DNA of 43,661 nucleotides. It comes from Candidatus Thorarchaeota archaeon (GTDB lineage Archaea > Asgardarchaeota > Thorarchaeia > Thorarchaeales > Thorarchaeaceae). Under the pieces are notes generated by a model. It searched no databases, was not told the origin of the DNA, and saw only the letters and a program-made list of their open reading frames with translations. The stretch's first letter is position 1. Every line of letters starts with the position of its first letter. Position numbers and translations under genes: made by a program. Shown here in pieces: positions 9,824 to 19,037 of this stretch. The DNA lies in the NCBI GenBank assembly GCA_016840855.1, contig JAEORO010000134.1:1-43661 (forward strand), read 5' to 3'.

Positions 9824-10090
9824 TCAAGGCGCTGTCTTTTCTTTGTCATTTGCGATTTCAAATAGAACTCTAATATTTCCGACAAGATTCGGAGGCATAG
9901 AATCAAGATTCAAGTCTAGCCATTTATGCAAGTCTCTTCGGATGGTTTCTTTCTCACTCAGTTCTGGTGGGAATTCCGACCTGTCTTCAGAAACTAAATG
10001 AAAATGAGTGCAACCACAACTGCATGCACCTTCTAGAACCATATCGATATCCACAGAAGTTTTTCCACACATTCTACAGACAAACAACAT
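9824..10090 (-). CDS. Zn-ribbon protein, OapC/ArvC (DUF2072)-like
   Basis: N-terminal CRMCG...LEGACSCGCTHF resembles the family pattern CxxCG...L.GCPxCG..KF; SD GGAG upstream. Confidence 0.6.
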   Translation of the reverse strand: MLFVCRMCGKTSVDIDMVLEGACSCGCTHFHLVSEDRSEFPPELSEKETIRRDLHKWLDLNLDSMPPNLVGNIRVLFEIANDKEKTAP

Positions 10091-10208
10091 CTTGTCATCG
10101 CTCCAAAAATAAAGATAAACAAGTATCTATGAGGATTGGTATGGCTTGGGTAATACTCGTTATTATGGGGCTAGACTTATTTGGTGCTAGTTAACGATTT
10201 TTGTTGGG

Positions 10209-10475
10209 GTGTTGAAGTTGGCTCGTTTATGCACGCTTTGTCGTGAAAAATCGAAAATTCGATGCGATCGATGCCGAAACGAATTTTGTCAAGACCATGC
10301 TATCAAATGCCCCTTTTGTGGCACTATTACTTGCATACGAGATTTGAATCGAAAAGCTATCTGCCCTACATGCCATAAGCATCTTGATATTTGTCCAGAA
10401 TGTCTTCTTAATGGGAGAATAGTTCGTACAATTGCTGGCTTCAAACAATGTCCTGAATGTGGATGGAGTAGTTAA
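10209..10475 (+). CDS. Small multi-zinc-finger protein
   Basis: 88 aa with 14 Cys arranged as CTLC, CDRC, CQDH, CPFC, CIRD, CPTC, CPEC, CPEC. Confidence 0.75.
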   Translation: MLKLARLCTLCREKSKIRCDRCRNEFCQDHAIKCPFCGTITCIRDLNRKAICPTCHKHLDICPECLLNGRIVRTIAGFKQCPECGWSS

Positions 10476-10732
10476 GGCAGCATGATGTATGCAAGAATAA
10501 AAAGCGATATTGCTACAATAGCAGCAGCAATCCATGTTTTTCTACCATAGCCCCACACTATAGGTATTGGACCTAGCAGAATAATACCCTTGCTCTCGCT
10601 TTTTTGTCCAACAGTTTCAATGTCTGAGTGCCTAAACATCGAAGCAATTCCTGACAATATTATCAAGCAACCTATAATGATAAGCGCCCATGCAACAAAG
10701 TCAACAATATTTGGTGCTTGCATTATTTTCAC
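10472..10732 (-). CDS. DUF131 (TIGR00304) family membrane protein
   Basis: Two TMs flanking GIILLGPIPIVWG, the DUF131 signature. Confidence 0.85.
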   Translation of the reverse strand: MKIMQAPNIVDFVAWALIIIGCLIILSGIASMFRHSDIETVGQKSESKGIILLGPIPIVWGYGRKTWIAAAIVAISLFILAYIMLP

Positions 10733-11283
10733 CTTGTCGAATGTGCTCCCTCTGCTAAATCAAATACCATTTTCTCATATCCCCCAACTTCATCTCCCTC
10801 TTGTGCCCATAGGGTCACTAGGTCTCCATAAATCTCGAATTCTAGAGTGGTTTCAATTTCCTTGATATGAGTGCCAACTGGAAATCTCCAGATAATTTCA
10901 AAATCATAAGGTGCTTCTTCCTCTTCAAGCCAAGTTTCTATCTTGTTCATGCCTTTCTGAAACCTACCAGTAAAATCAATCAAATAAATGACCGCTACAA
11001 CTTCTGTTGTTCCCTTTAGGAATATATCGCAATAATCAACTTGAGATTTCACTTGCTTACTATTTATCTCAACTCGTTCTTGATCAAGAAAGTACTGCAT
11101 GTTGTCTGATAACTTTTCGATTTCTTTTCTGAAGAGTTTCTCGTCACGAATTACTCTTCGATAGTACCCTTCCGGATCAAGATACTCATAGCAGAGACGT
11201 TCATGCACCTCTCCCAATCGAGAAACAGAAAAAAATGAATCAGCATGAACAGGCTCGACCAACTCTGAGAGAGCTTTTTCCAA
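10729..11283 (-). CDS. Acidic hypothetical protein
   Basis: 184-aa ORF, TTG start with SD AGGTGA, overlapping the DUF131 start; operon context. Confidence 0.8.
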   Translation of the reverse strand: MEKALSELVEPVHADSFFSVSRLGEVHERLCYEYLDPEGYYRRVIRDEKLFRKEIEKLSDNMQYFLDQERVEINSKQVKSQVDYCDIFLKGTTEVVAVIYLIDFTGRFQKGMNKIETWLEEEEAPYDFEIIWRFPVGTHIKEIETTLEFEIYGDLVTLWAQEGDEVGGYEKMVFDLAEGAHSTR

Positions 11284-11293
11284 GTCACATCAC

Positions 11294-12298
11294 CTACTCA
11301 AGTGGTACTGCATGAATCCCATTGTCTGAAAGATGTTTTGAGAGTGCTCTTCCATTCTCTGTGAAACAGTAAGCAACTCTGGGATTAACCTCGCTTGCAA
11401 ATTTAAGCAAGCCATTGAAATCGGAGTGAGCACTCAGGGGAAAGCCTCTCTCTCTGAACTTGCCCAAAGTCCATCCTGAGAGATTGAAATACTCAAGCTT
11501 TGCTTCATATTGGGCGAAAACCTTGCTCCCCAAGGTTCGTTTCAAATTGTCGATAGTATGACGTGAGGATGAACTTACAATAACTGCGCCTTCATCAAGG
11601 CTCTTTGTAAGATTATGACTCTGAAGAGTTTGATGTTGCAAATCGAATCCATGTTGTTGATAGACTGAACATACCTTGTCAATACTTGTATTTCCAGATA
11701 TTACACTGAATCCTCCACTCTGGAGAAGCGTAATTGCCTCTTGTGATTTTCCCAACGAATATGCATGAAATAATGGAATTCGTTCTTCCTCCATCATTCT
11801 TGTGGCAGTTTCTAAGATATCTTCATAGACCACTTTTCTTTTAGGAAAGACCCATTGAGGTGTACCGTAGGTTGCCTCAGTTATCAGAACATCTGTTTCA
11901 ACAGGTTTAGCGGCCCTATGCACTAAACTGTCTACATTGTTAAAATCGCCTGTATACAGAACCTTGAGACCATCATGAAATTCTAGAAGAAACATTGTTG
12001 AACCTAGGACATGACCTGCATTCAGAGCTGTGATATTGACACCTATCTGGCCAAACATATCATCATGTTTGATAATAGTCTTATTCGAAAATGAATCTGT
12101 CCTCCTTGCTTGCCATGTTTCAAAAGTCCCTTTTGTTGCAATGATATGTTGCGCATTCTTCAAGCCACCGATGTGGTCTGAATGAGAATGCGTTAGAAGT
12201 GTAGTTTCGCCCTTAATTCCAGTGTCTAAAGCCAGTTTCACATCGCCATATTTCAATAGAAATCCGGAACCACTTTTTTTCAGGCTGACAGTAGACAT
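11294..12298 (-). CDS. Metallo-beta-lactamase/beta-CASP family nuclease (COG1236-like)
   Basis: THSHSDH, AGHVLG, YTGDF, EATYG, YSLGKSQE, LSAHSDF. ATG 12298 preferred to TTG 12334. Confidence 0.9.
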   Translation of the reverse strand: MSTVSLKKSGSGFLLKYGDVKLALDTGIKGETTLLTHSHSDHIGGLKNAQHIIATKGTFETWQARRTDSFSNKTIIKHDDMFGQIGVNITALNAGHVLGSTMFLLEFHDGLKVLYTGDFNNVDSLVHRAAKPVETDVLITEATYGTPQWVFPKRKVVYEDILETATRMMEEERIPLFHAYSLGKSQEAITLLQSGGFSVISGNTSIDKVCSVYQQHGFDLQHQTLQSHNLTKSLDEGAVIVSSSSRHTIDNLKRTLGSKVFAQYEAKLEYFNLSGWTLGKFRERGFPLSAHSDFNGLLKFASEVNPRVAYCFTENGRALSKHLSDNGIHAVPLE

Positions 12299-12357
12299 TC
12301 GACAATCATCCTTTGACAGATTTGTGTTGAACAAAAGGGTTTCTCAGCATCAACAAA

Positions 12358-13245
12358 CTAGAGTGGTTTTCTAAACAGAGATAATCTCCTATGTGAAGTT
12401 ATGTTACATTTATTTTCAAGCTGTGAAATCAGTTCTCCCTGCCCATCTCCAATGAGAGGAAGTTCAATGAATTTCAAATCATTGATTTGAGCCTCAGAAA
12501 CAAGACTTTCTGCAACGAGTTCCCAACTGATTAAATTTGGATTGATCAATATTGGTGAAACACAAACCGCATCAGGTAATTTCCAGAAGCCTGCTACAGC
12601 TCCTATCTTCCCTTCTTGAAGGGCTGCCATTAGGCATTTCCTGCTAGCAGCAAAATCTCGCAAAACCCATACAAGAGAATTCGTCAATCCCATTGGTTTA
12701 CTCTGCTCCCAAATTAATTCCTTCACTAGATTCAAATTATATCCCTTTGTCCATCGTAAAGATTTCCGCTCCCTTCCGTCATTAATTTCTAGTGAATAAT
12801 AGTCAAGGACTCCCTCCTGTGAAAATCCTAACCGTTTGATATCAGGTTTGACCCATGAATCCAATTCGAGACTTAACGGAAATGCAAGGCTATTCTTTTT
12901 GGCCTCAAGAGGGATTAATGCATCAACATCTCGTATTGCAACAGTTTTAAAAAATGGTAACGAGGACTTGATAATTTGATATGTTGCTGACTCTCTGAAT
13001 TTTTCGATTACGCCAACAGAGGTTAACACCATAGAGAGCCTAGTTCTGTCTCTATAGATTGAAGTACCTCCAACAATATGGTCCTCTATGGATGATACAA
13101 AAGTGATACTTTCTGGAAGTTGTAAGAATGCCTTTGCGAGGGGTTGATTTATCGAACCTGATTCACTTACTTCATTTAGAAAATCCAACCAAGTGTCTAC
13201 TTTGTCCTTGCTCAATCTCCCGTTGAACATCATTGGCTTGTCCAT
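12358..13245 (-). CDS. Hypothetical protein, possibly tandem GNAT-like fold
   Basis: 295-aa ORF. HIVGG and KIGAVAG beta-hairpin-like segments in each half; the fold call is weak. Confidence 0.65.
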   Translation of the reverse strand: MDKPMMFNGRLSKDKVDTWLDFLNEVSESGSINQPLAKAFLQLPESITFVSSIEDHIVGGTSIYRDRTRLSMVLTSVGVIEKFRESATYQIIKSSLPFFKTVAIRDVDALIPLEAKKNSLAFPLSLELDSWVKPDIKRLGFSQEGVLDYYSLEINDGRERKSLRWTKGYNLNLVKELIWEQSKPMGLTNSLVWVLRDFAASRKCLMAALQEGKIGAVAGFWKLPDAVCVSPILINPNLISWELVAESLVSEAQINDLKFIELPLIGDGQGELISQLENKCNITSHRRLSLFRKPL

Positions 13246-13362
13246 TCGATTCCCTCAAAAATCTCCAATATTTGTTTCAAGGATAATGGTCATTGCGAAG
13301 CTCATAAGTCATATGTACTTACCATCGAAGGATTTATTCATGCTCAAGAGTCTTGCTCAGAA

Positions 13363-14358
13363 TTGAAAATGCAGTCACTTGTATTAACTGCAGATGGCCT
13401 TCAAATTGCGGACACGCCTATTCCTCCCCTAATGCCTGGTGATGTTCGGATAGAAGTCCGTTCGGTTGGCATCTGTGGTACTGATATAGCAATCTGGAAA
13501 GGCGATTTTGAAGTCCCTCTCCCAATTGTACTTGGACATGAGATTACTGGATCTGTTCACGAGAGTTCGGTACCTGAACTTGGTCTTGGAACATTAGTGA
13601 CAACTGAGATCGATATGTCATGTGGAAGATGTTGGTATTGTAGGAATGGAAAACGTCAACATTGTGCAGATAAAGAAATTTTAGGTATAACACGAGACGG
13701 AGGACTCTCAGAGTACATTAGCGTTCCAGCTGATCTTGTTCATCCACTTCCTGCAGGCGTTGATGTCTTATCTGGTACATTCGTAGAACCTCTTGCATCT
13801 GCCATCAAAACTGTCACTGATAGTCCTGCAGAAGTAGGTGAACCAGTGCTAATCGTAGGAAGTGGAAAGATAGCTTTACTCCTTGCCCAGGTTTATGATG
13901 CAAGTGGAGCAGATGTTTACATCGTTGGGCGAAACAGGTGGCAGCTAGGACTTGCGCGTCAATTGGGTTTATTGAATACCATTGATATAACAGGTGGTGA
14001 TTGGAAGAAGAAAATATTGGCCGCAACTCATGATGTTGGTCCTAGGGTTGTAGTAGAGGCAACTGGGAATACTGATGGCATTAGAATGGCATTTGATATT
14101 GTCCGAAATGGAGGTATTGTTAATCTAAAAAGCATGCATGGCCATGATTTCTCATTTGATCCAACCAACATAGTAAACAAAGAACTTACTGTGTTAGGAG
14201 CAAGTAGAGGCCCTTATTCCAAGGCACTTGAAATGCTTCAGAAAGGTCGTATTGAGGTTAAACGTCTCGTTTCTAAAAGTTTCAGACTCGAAGATGGGAC
14301 TAAAGCTTTTGAGTATGCAGATCAACCCGCAGTAACAAAAGTTGTAATCAATATTTGA
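13363..14358 (+). CDS. Zn-dependent medium-chain alcohol dehydrogenase (MDR)
   Basis: GICGTD, LGHE, structural Zn CGRCWYC...C, VEP, GSGKIA Rossmann loop, VEATG. Confidence 0.95.
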   Translation: MKMQSLVLTADGLQIADTPIPPLMPGDVRIEVRSVGICGTDIAIWKGDFEVPLPIVLGHEITGSVHESSVPELGLGTLVTTEIDMSCGRCWYCRNGKRQHCADKEILGITRDGGLSEYISVPADLVHPLPAGVDVLSGTFVEPLASAIKTVTDSPAEVGEPVLIVGSGKIALLLAQVYDASGADVYIVGRNRWQLGLARQLGLLNTIDITGGDWKKKILAATHDVGPRVVVEATGNTDGIRMAFDIVRNGGIVNLKSMHGHDFSFDPTNIVNKELTVLGASRGPYSKALEMLQKGRIEVKRLVSKSFRLEDGTKAFEYADQPAVTKVVINI

Positions 14359-14369
14359 GGGGTCCGTGA

Positions 14370-15647
14370 ATGCCTCTTTACAATACGGATTTACATATTC
14401 ACTCAAGGCATTCTATCGGCGTAAGTAAGGAGATGACAGTACCGATGATTGCTAAAGGCGCTGTTGAAAAAGGGCTTCATATTATTGGTACAGGCGATGC
14501 AACCCAACCAGACTGGCTTCGTCACTTGCGAAAAAACCTCACATTGAAGGATAATTCGCTCATTTATGATGCGGTGTCGTTTATTCTAACTGTTGAAATT
14601 GAAGATAATGAGTCCATTCATCATGTTCTGCTTCTGCCTGATTTTGAGTCCGTTGATGCATTGAGAAAAATCTTGAAACCTCATTCTCCAAACATAGATG
14701 ATGAATGGGGAGGACGTCCTCGCGTCAACGTGAATGGAGAAATTCTTGCAGGATTTGTTCGAGATGTGGCAGGAATGATTGGACCTGCCCACGCTTTTAC
14801 ACCCTTCAAGTCGATTTTTCGAGAGAACAAACACTCTAGTCTAAAATCATGTTATGGAAACGAAACTCCCCACATAAAATTTCTAGAACTAGGTCTTTCA
14901 GCTGATTCAGACACAGCAGATTTCATTCCAGATCTTAGACCACTCACTTTCATCACTTCGAGCGATGCACATTCACCAGTTCCAAACAAACTTGGGCGAG
15001 AGTTTGTAAGGTTTAAGATGCAGGGATCAACCTTTGACGAGTTAAGGTTAGCAATTACACAAAAAGGAGGAAGAAGACCAGTCCTGAATATAGGCCTCGA
15101 TCCAAGACTTGGCAAATATTATCTTTCATTCTGCTCAAACTGCAGGAGGACGTTGGTAATTCAAACCGGAGAGAAACCACCAAGTTTTGACAATTTGAAT
15201 ATATACATCGGTTGTAAGGATACCAAGGAGAAACAGCGCCTTTTGGATGACATTCACGAGAGAAGGGTGAAGTGTCCAGCTGATGGAAAGAAACTCAGAC
15301 TAGGAGTTCGAGACAGAGCAGCTGCTATCGGGGACGGAGAGATAAAGACGCCTCCTCATCGTCCACCCTACTTACATATTGCGCCACTTTTGGATATCAT
15401 TGCTCTATCACTCGAAGTGAAATCGTCTTCATCAAAACAGGTGCAGAGTCTTTACAACAACATGCGTGAGGTGTTTGGTCCTGAAACAATCATCCTTACT
15501 GAAACCTCTATCACTGAAATAGGTGAGCTTAATGACCGAGTCGCTCAGATGATAGAAGCATATCGAAACAAATCGATTGGCTATATATCTGGTGGGGGTG
15601 GTCGGTATGGTAAACTCATTCCTCCATGGGAAAGTGATTTGAGATGA
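14370..15647 (+). CDS. endoQ: Endonuclease Q family (TIGR00375) PHP-domain protein
   Basis: DLHIHS, GTGD, EIE..HH, GRP, PAHAFTP, ELGLSAD, SDAHS..KLGRE, LGKY..C, RPPY...PL, GGGGRYG. Confidence 0.88.
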   Translation: MPLYNTDLHIHSRHSIGVSKEMTVPMIAKGAVEKGLHIIGTGDATQPDWLRHLRKNLTLKDNSLIYDAVSFILTVEIEDNESIHHVLLLPDFESVDALRKILKPHSPNIDDEWGGRPRVNVNGEILAGFVRDVAGMIGPAHAFTPFKSIFRENKHSSLKSCYGNETPHIKFLELGLSADSDTADFIPDLRPLTFITSSDAHSPVPNKLGREFVRFKMQGSTFDELRLAITQKGGRRPVLNIGLDPRLGKYYLSFCSNCRRTLVIQTGEKPPSFDNLNIYIGCKDTKEKQRLLDDIHERRVKCPADGKKLRLGVRDRAAAIGDGEIKTPPHRPPYLHIAPLLDIIALSLEVKSSSSKQVQSLYNNMREVFGPETIILTETSITEIGELNDRVAQMIEAYRNKSIGYISGGGGRYGKLIPPWESDLR

Positions 15648-15949
15648 CTGTTGTACAAGGAATCATTCGTGAGATTGGTAAAAGCCGGACAACTCAAGTA
15701 TCTACACGCCGCTGGTATGGAACAACTGATATTGTTGTTCAGGACGAGGAAACAGGCAAGACATATAGTGTAAGACTCTCAGCTACTGTTATGGATAAGC
15801 ACAGATTTCTCCCACGAGTTGGTATGAAGATTATCCTTCATGGATATGTAGAAGAGGCTGAATATGGTCTGTCTGATTTTGTTGTTTCACGTGTTACCGA
15901 TATAAAACATGAAGGTGCTGGTTTGAAACGAGTCCATAAGTTAGACTGA
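15644..15949 (+). CDS. Small OB-fold-like hypothetical protein
   Basis: 101 aa, ATGA overlap with endoQ. VQGIIREI...IVVQDEETG...RVGMKIILHGYV matches OB-fold strand patterns. Confidence 0.65.
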   Translation: MTVVQGIIREIGKSRTTQVSTRRWYGTTDIVVQDEETGKTYSVRLSATVMDKHRFLPRVGMKIILHGYVEEAEYGLSDFVVSRVTDIKHEGAGLKRVHKLD

Positions 15950-15951
15950 TG

Positions 15952-16254
15952 TTACTTTTTTTTGGATCTGATTAAGAAAGCAGGTGCAAGTATCCATTGA
16001 GACCTGCACTTGGGACATTTGCTGGGTGCTTTTGCGGTCTTTCCAACTTTGAACACAAATTGACATTTGCCACAACTTGCTGGACGAATCAGAAGTTCCT
16101 TGTTATCTCTCTTCACTGATTTTGATATATGATCGAGGTCCTCATACACAATTGATCTTTTCTTTATGTCAAGCCGCTCACAGATCTCCTCAGCTGTCAT
16201 TGGGTATTCGGTCTTTTCTAGAAGTTCTGCAATAGTTTCTCTTCTGGTTTGCAT
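15952..16254 (-). CDS. HTH + Zn-ribbon transcriptional regulator (COG3357-like)
   Basis: TRRETIAELL...VYEDLDHISKS, PASCGKCQFVF, PSKCPKCRSQWI. Confidence 0.88.
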   Translation of the reverse strand: MQTRRETIAELLEKTEYPMTAEEICERLDIKKRSIVYEDLDHISKSVKRDNKELLIRPASCGKCQFVFKVGKTAKAPSKCPKCRSQWILAPAFLIRSKKK

Positions 16255-16295
16255 CGGGATTCAACATTACTCGGTTCCTAGAAATATACTTTGGG

Positions 16296-16327
16296 CTGTA
16301 CAGTGTTTTGAACAGGCTGTACAAAAC
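16296..16327. promoter_or_regulatory. Palindromic candidate operator
   Basis: CTGTACAG (16296-16303), then GTTTTGAACAG-G-CTGTACAAAAC (16305-16327; 10 of 11 arm positions complementary) in a divergent intergenic region. Confidence 0.6.
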
Positions 16328-16372
16328 GTAGAATCATATGGGATTTTATCATAATGATTCATGTGACATTAA

Positions 16373-17080
16373 ATGAGAAACTACAACACTGGTGTTTCAA
16401 GTAAGATGGCAGCAGCAGTCATAGCTGCAGTGATCTTAACAGCAGGAGTGTTTGCTATATCCATTTACTTTCCAGGTCTGGGCAACGGGCCAACCACTGG
16501 TCCAAAAAGTCTCGGTGCGACAACAGCTGAATTCCTTAACTCTAAGAGAGATGATGTGCAGTTCTATTTCATGTGCAACTCTACATTTGTAAATGAAGAC
16601 CTAACTGATTTCTATGCACAGTCTGAACCTAGTGCATATGTCGATGGGGTCCTCATGAATCGAACAGCCACTGGTGGTGACATCGGTGTTTTATTCTCCC
16701 CTTGGCAATCAAATATCGTTGGAGCTGGTGAAATCTCAACTGCAGAGTGGGATAGTCTTAGTGGATCAATCATAGACGATGGAATAGGTCTAATGGAGGA
16801 ACCAATTACTCCACCTACAGGATATTTTCCACTATCCTGGCCAATAACATTCTATTTCGAAATCTACTTTGATGATGGTTCTTGCTTTCTTGCAGGTTTT
16901 TCCTCTATAGATGGCTATCTATACATCCAAAATGGTACATGGAGTGGCGAATTTAGCGACTTTGGATGGCCAATCCCAACGAGTTGGGATTCCGGGGCAT
17001 GGCTCTTAGAAGGAGGTTACCTGTCAGCTGGAATGAATGCATTGCATGCAGCAATAACCACTAATGTTTCCTACCCTTAA
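16373..17080 (+). CDS. N-terminally anchored/secreted acidic surface protein
   Basis: N-terminal hydrophobic helix, Pro/Gly/Thr linker, Trp/Gly-rich acidic domain, 4 N-x-S/T sequons. Confidence 0.8.
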   Translation: MRNYNTGVSSKMAAAVIAAVILTAGVFAISIYFPGLGNGPTTGPKSLGATTAEFLNSKRDDVQFYFMCNSTFVNEDLTDFYAQSEPSAYVDGVLMNRTATGGDIGVLFSPWQSNIVGAGEISTAEWDSLSGSIIDDGIGLMEEPITPPTGYFPLSWPITFYFEIYFDDGSCFLAGFSSIDGYLYIQNGTWSGEFSDFGWPIPTSWDSGAWLLEGGYLSAGMNALHAAITTNVSYP

Positions 17081-17112
17081 TGATGGGTCTTTGCGCCCAT
17101 CATTTCTGTTTT
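17079..17112 (+). terminator. Hairpin plus T-rich tract after the 16373 ORF
   Basis: AATGATGGG (17079-17087) / CCCATCATT (17096-17104) perfect 9-bp stem, followed by TCTGTTTT. Confidence 0.6.
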
Positions 17113-17154
17113 ATTCGATATTATTCATACTAAGGAATGGATTGAAGTGATTCT

Positions 17155-17601
17155 ATGGACACGGATGCAGATGAGGCACTTGTTGACAGACTCCTCAAAG
17201 GTAGAACTATGAGTGTGTATGCCCTCCTGCTTTCCAGTGGTGATATGGGTGTGAGAGATGTCCAAAGAGCCCTTGGGTTTTCAAGTCCTAGCTTAGCTCT
17301 CCACCATCTCACGAAGCTGATGGAGCTAGATTTAGTCACAAAGGATTCAAACGGAATTTATGGTGTCACACGAACGGTTCGCGTAGGGTCACTCTCTCTC
17401 TTCATTAAATTTGGTACACGTCTTCTCCCTAGATTTCTCTTTCTTGGTACTTTATTTTGTGGAATGCTCATTGTCTACATCTTGGTCTTTGCATCATGGC
17501 CCCTGACTAGTGCTGATATCATGGTAATTTCAATGAGCGTTATTGCTGTTCTATTCTCATTTTATGAAACCAGACAGATTTGGTTACTCAAGCCATTTTA
17601 G
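17155..17601 (+). CDS. Membrane-anchored winged-HTH (ArsR-like) regulator
   Basis: GVRDVQRALGFSSPSLALHHLTKLMELDLV wHTH followed by two C-terminal TM helices. Confidence 0.85.
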   Translation: MDTDADEALVDRLLKGRTMSVYALLLSSGDMGVRDVQRALGFSSPSLALHHLTKLMELDLVTKDSNGIYGVTRTVRVGSLSLFIKFGTRLLPRFLFLGTLFCGMLIVYILVFASWPLTSADIMVISMSVIAVLFSFYETRQIWLLKPF

Positions 17602-17666
17602 TATCTCGGTTTTATCGAGAGTGACAAAGATATAGGTCTAAATGTGATGATATCCCATACAATAGC

Positions 17667-18959
17667 GTGGAGAAGATAATAGAACCGGATGAATCCTGCA
17701 TGGAACAGATAAAACTCGACCCTACACCAAAAGTGGCTAAAAGGCCATCATATAACGATAGAGTCTGTAGTAAGTGCATGGGACATCGACATCTATGTGG
17801 AATCAAACCGTGTCCGATTTTAATGAGGGCAAAAGCACAAGCCCAAATCGATAATGCATTTGTTGGAATGGATTTGACCGGGTCTTCACCCCCTTCAGTT
17901 TTTGTTGGAGAGAGTGGGTATCCAAAGGTACTAGCTGGGCCTCTTATTCCTCCTCTCCGATCGGAAGATGCAATGTATATGGAAAGACCTGATCATTGGT
18001 TAACCAAGACAATTGATGAGATTCTAGCTCTACGATTTAGTTTAGTCCGAACAAAGAAGTATATCCCGATTACAGCAGCTCAAGATCCTCCGAAAGACCT
18101 TGCTGAAACACAGACACTGGCGCTTTCTGAATCACCATTGTTGTCAGAAGCAACTCTCCTTAAGAGACCTCAATTTACGACAGTCTTCTCCGATGTAACT
18201 TTACCAATAGGACCTTCAGCTCCCCTTCGAACTTTCAAAATTGATGAGAATCCTTCAGTTCCAAAGGTGATTGATAGGGTGGCATTTGATACAGATCTGA
18301 AAGCGGAGGTTGGAATCAGAGACCTTTTTGATGGAGGGATTCGACTTGAGCATATCACAAGACTCCTCTCTGTGGGAACAATTGGCCAGAAGAAGAAACG
18401 AAGACTGGTTCCAACAAAATGGAGTATTACTGCAACAGATGATATAATTGGAAAGCAGCTCCATAAGGAAGTTTTGAGAAATCCCTGGATCAATGATTTC
18501 CGAGTGAGTGTGGACCATGCACTTGGTAACACTGTTGCTCTTCTCTTTCTTCCAAGTGGTTGGCAGTTTGAAGCTATGGAATCATGGCTTGGAGGTCTAA
18601 AACCACCAATAATTTCTGATCACGAATGGTTCAAAGGTAGAAAGGACTATGCAGAGGATGTTGTTGGGGCTTATTACGCAACCAGACTTCCCGCACTTGA
18701 GTACTTAGTCAATATCCGACGACAATCTGGTGTTATCGTTTTCATGGAGATTGATCCTCAACAGTGGGTACCGCTTGGTGTATGGAGATTTAGAGAGATT
18801 GCTATGCGCGCCTTGCAAACTAATGTGAAAAGTTTTGGCACAATCGACGAGGCTCTAAATGAAATCGCTCCCCACTTTAGAATCCCTATGAACAGATGGT
18901 TGGAAACGAGTAAAATCTATTCTGTGTTCATGAATCAGACAAAACTCACTGATTTCTAA
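17667..18959 (+). CDS. nreA: Nre family DNA repair protein
   Basis: CSKCMG..LCG...CP Zn motif, SPPSVFVG..GYPKV..GP, RRLVPTKWSITATD, GAYYATR, C-terminal PIP box QTKLTDF. Confidence 0.93.
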   Translation: MEKIIEPDESCMEQIKLDPTPKVAKRPSYNDRVCSKCMGHRHLCGIKPCPILMRAKAQAQIDNAFVGMDLTGSSPPSVFVGESGYPKVLAGPLIPPLRSEDAMYMERPDHWLTKTIDEILALRFSLVRTKKYIPITAAQDPPKDLAETQTLALSESPLLSEATLLKRPQFTTVFSDVTLPIGPSAPLRTFKIDENPSVPKVIDRVAFDTDLKAEVGIRDLFDGGIRLEHITRLLSVGTIGQKKKRRLVPTKWSITATDDIIGKQLHKEVLRNPWINDFRVSVDHALGNTVALLFLPSGWQFEAMESWLGGLKPPIISDHEWFKGRKDYAEDVVGAYYATRLPALEYLVNIRRQSGVIVFMEIDPQQWVPLGVWRFREIAMRALQTNVKSFGTIDEALNEIAPHFRIPMNRWLETSKIYSVFMNQTKLTDF

Positions 18960-19037
18960 TAAAATCAATCAATGAATCTATCATACATTTGTCTTTTAAT
19001 ATAAAATGCAGAAAGAATTGATGGAGAGTTTTATACA

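Noticed and set aside
9967-10194. 75-aa plus-strand ORF upstream of the zinc-finger gene
   Set aside because: Overlaps the better-supported minus-strand Zn-ribbon gene and has no recognisable features.
10091-10208. Replication origin next to the oapC-like gene
   Set aside because: The spacer is short, with no ORB-like repeats and no cdc6/orc1 in the window.
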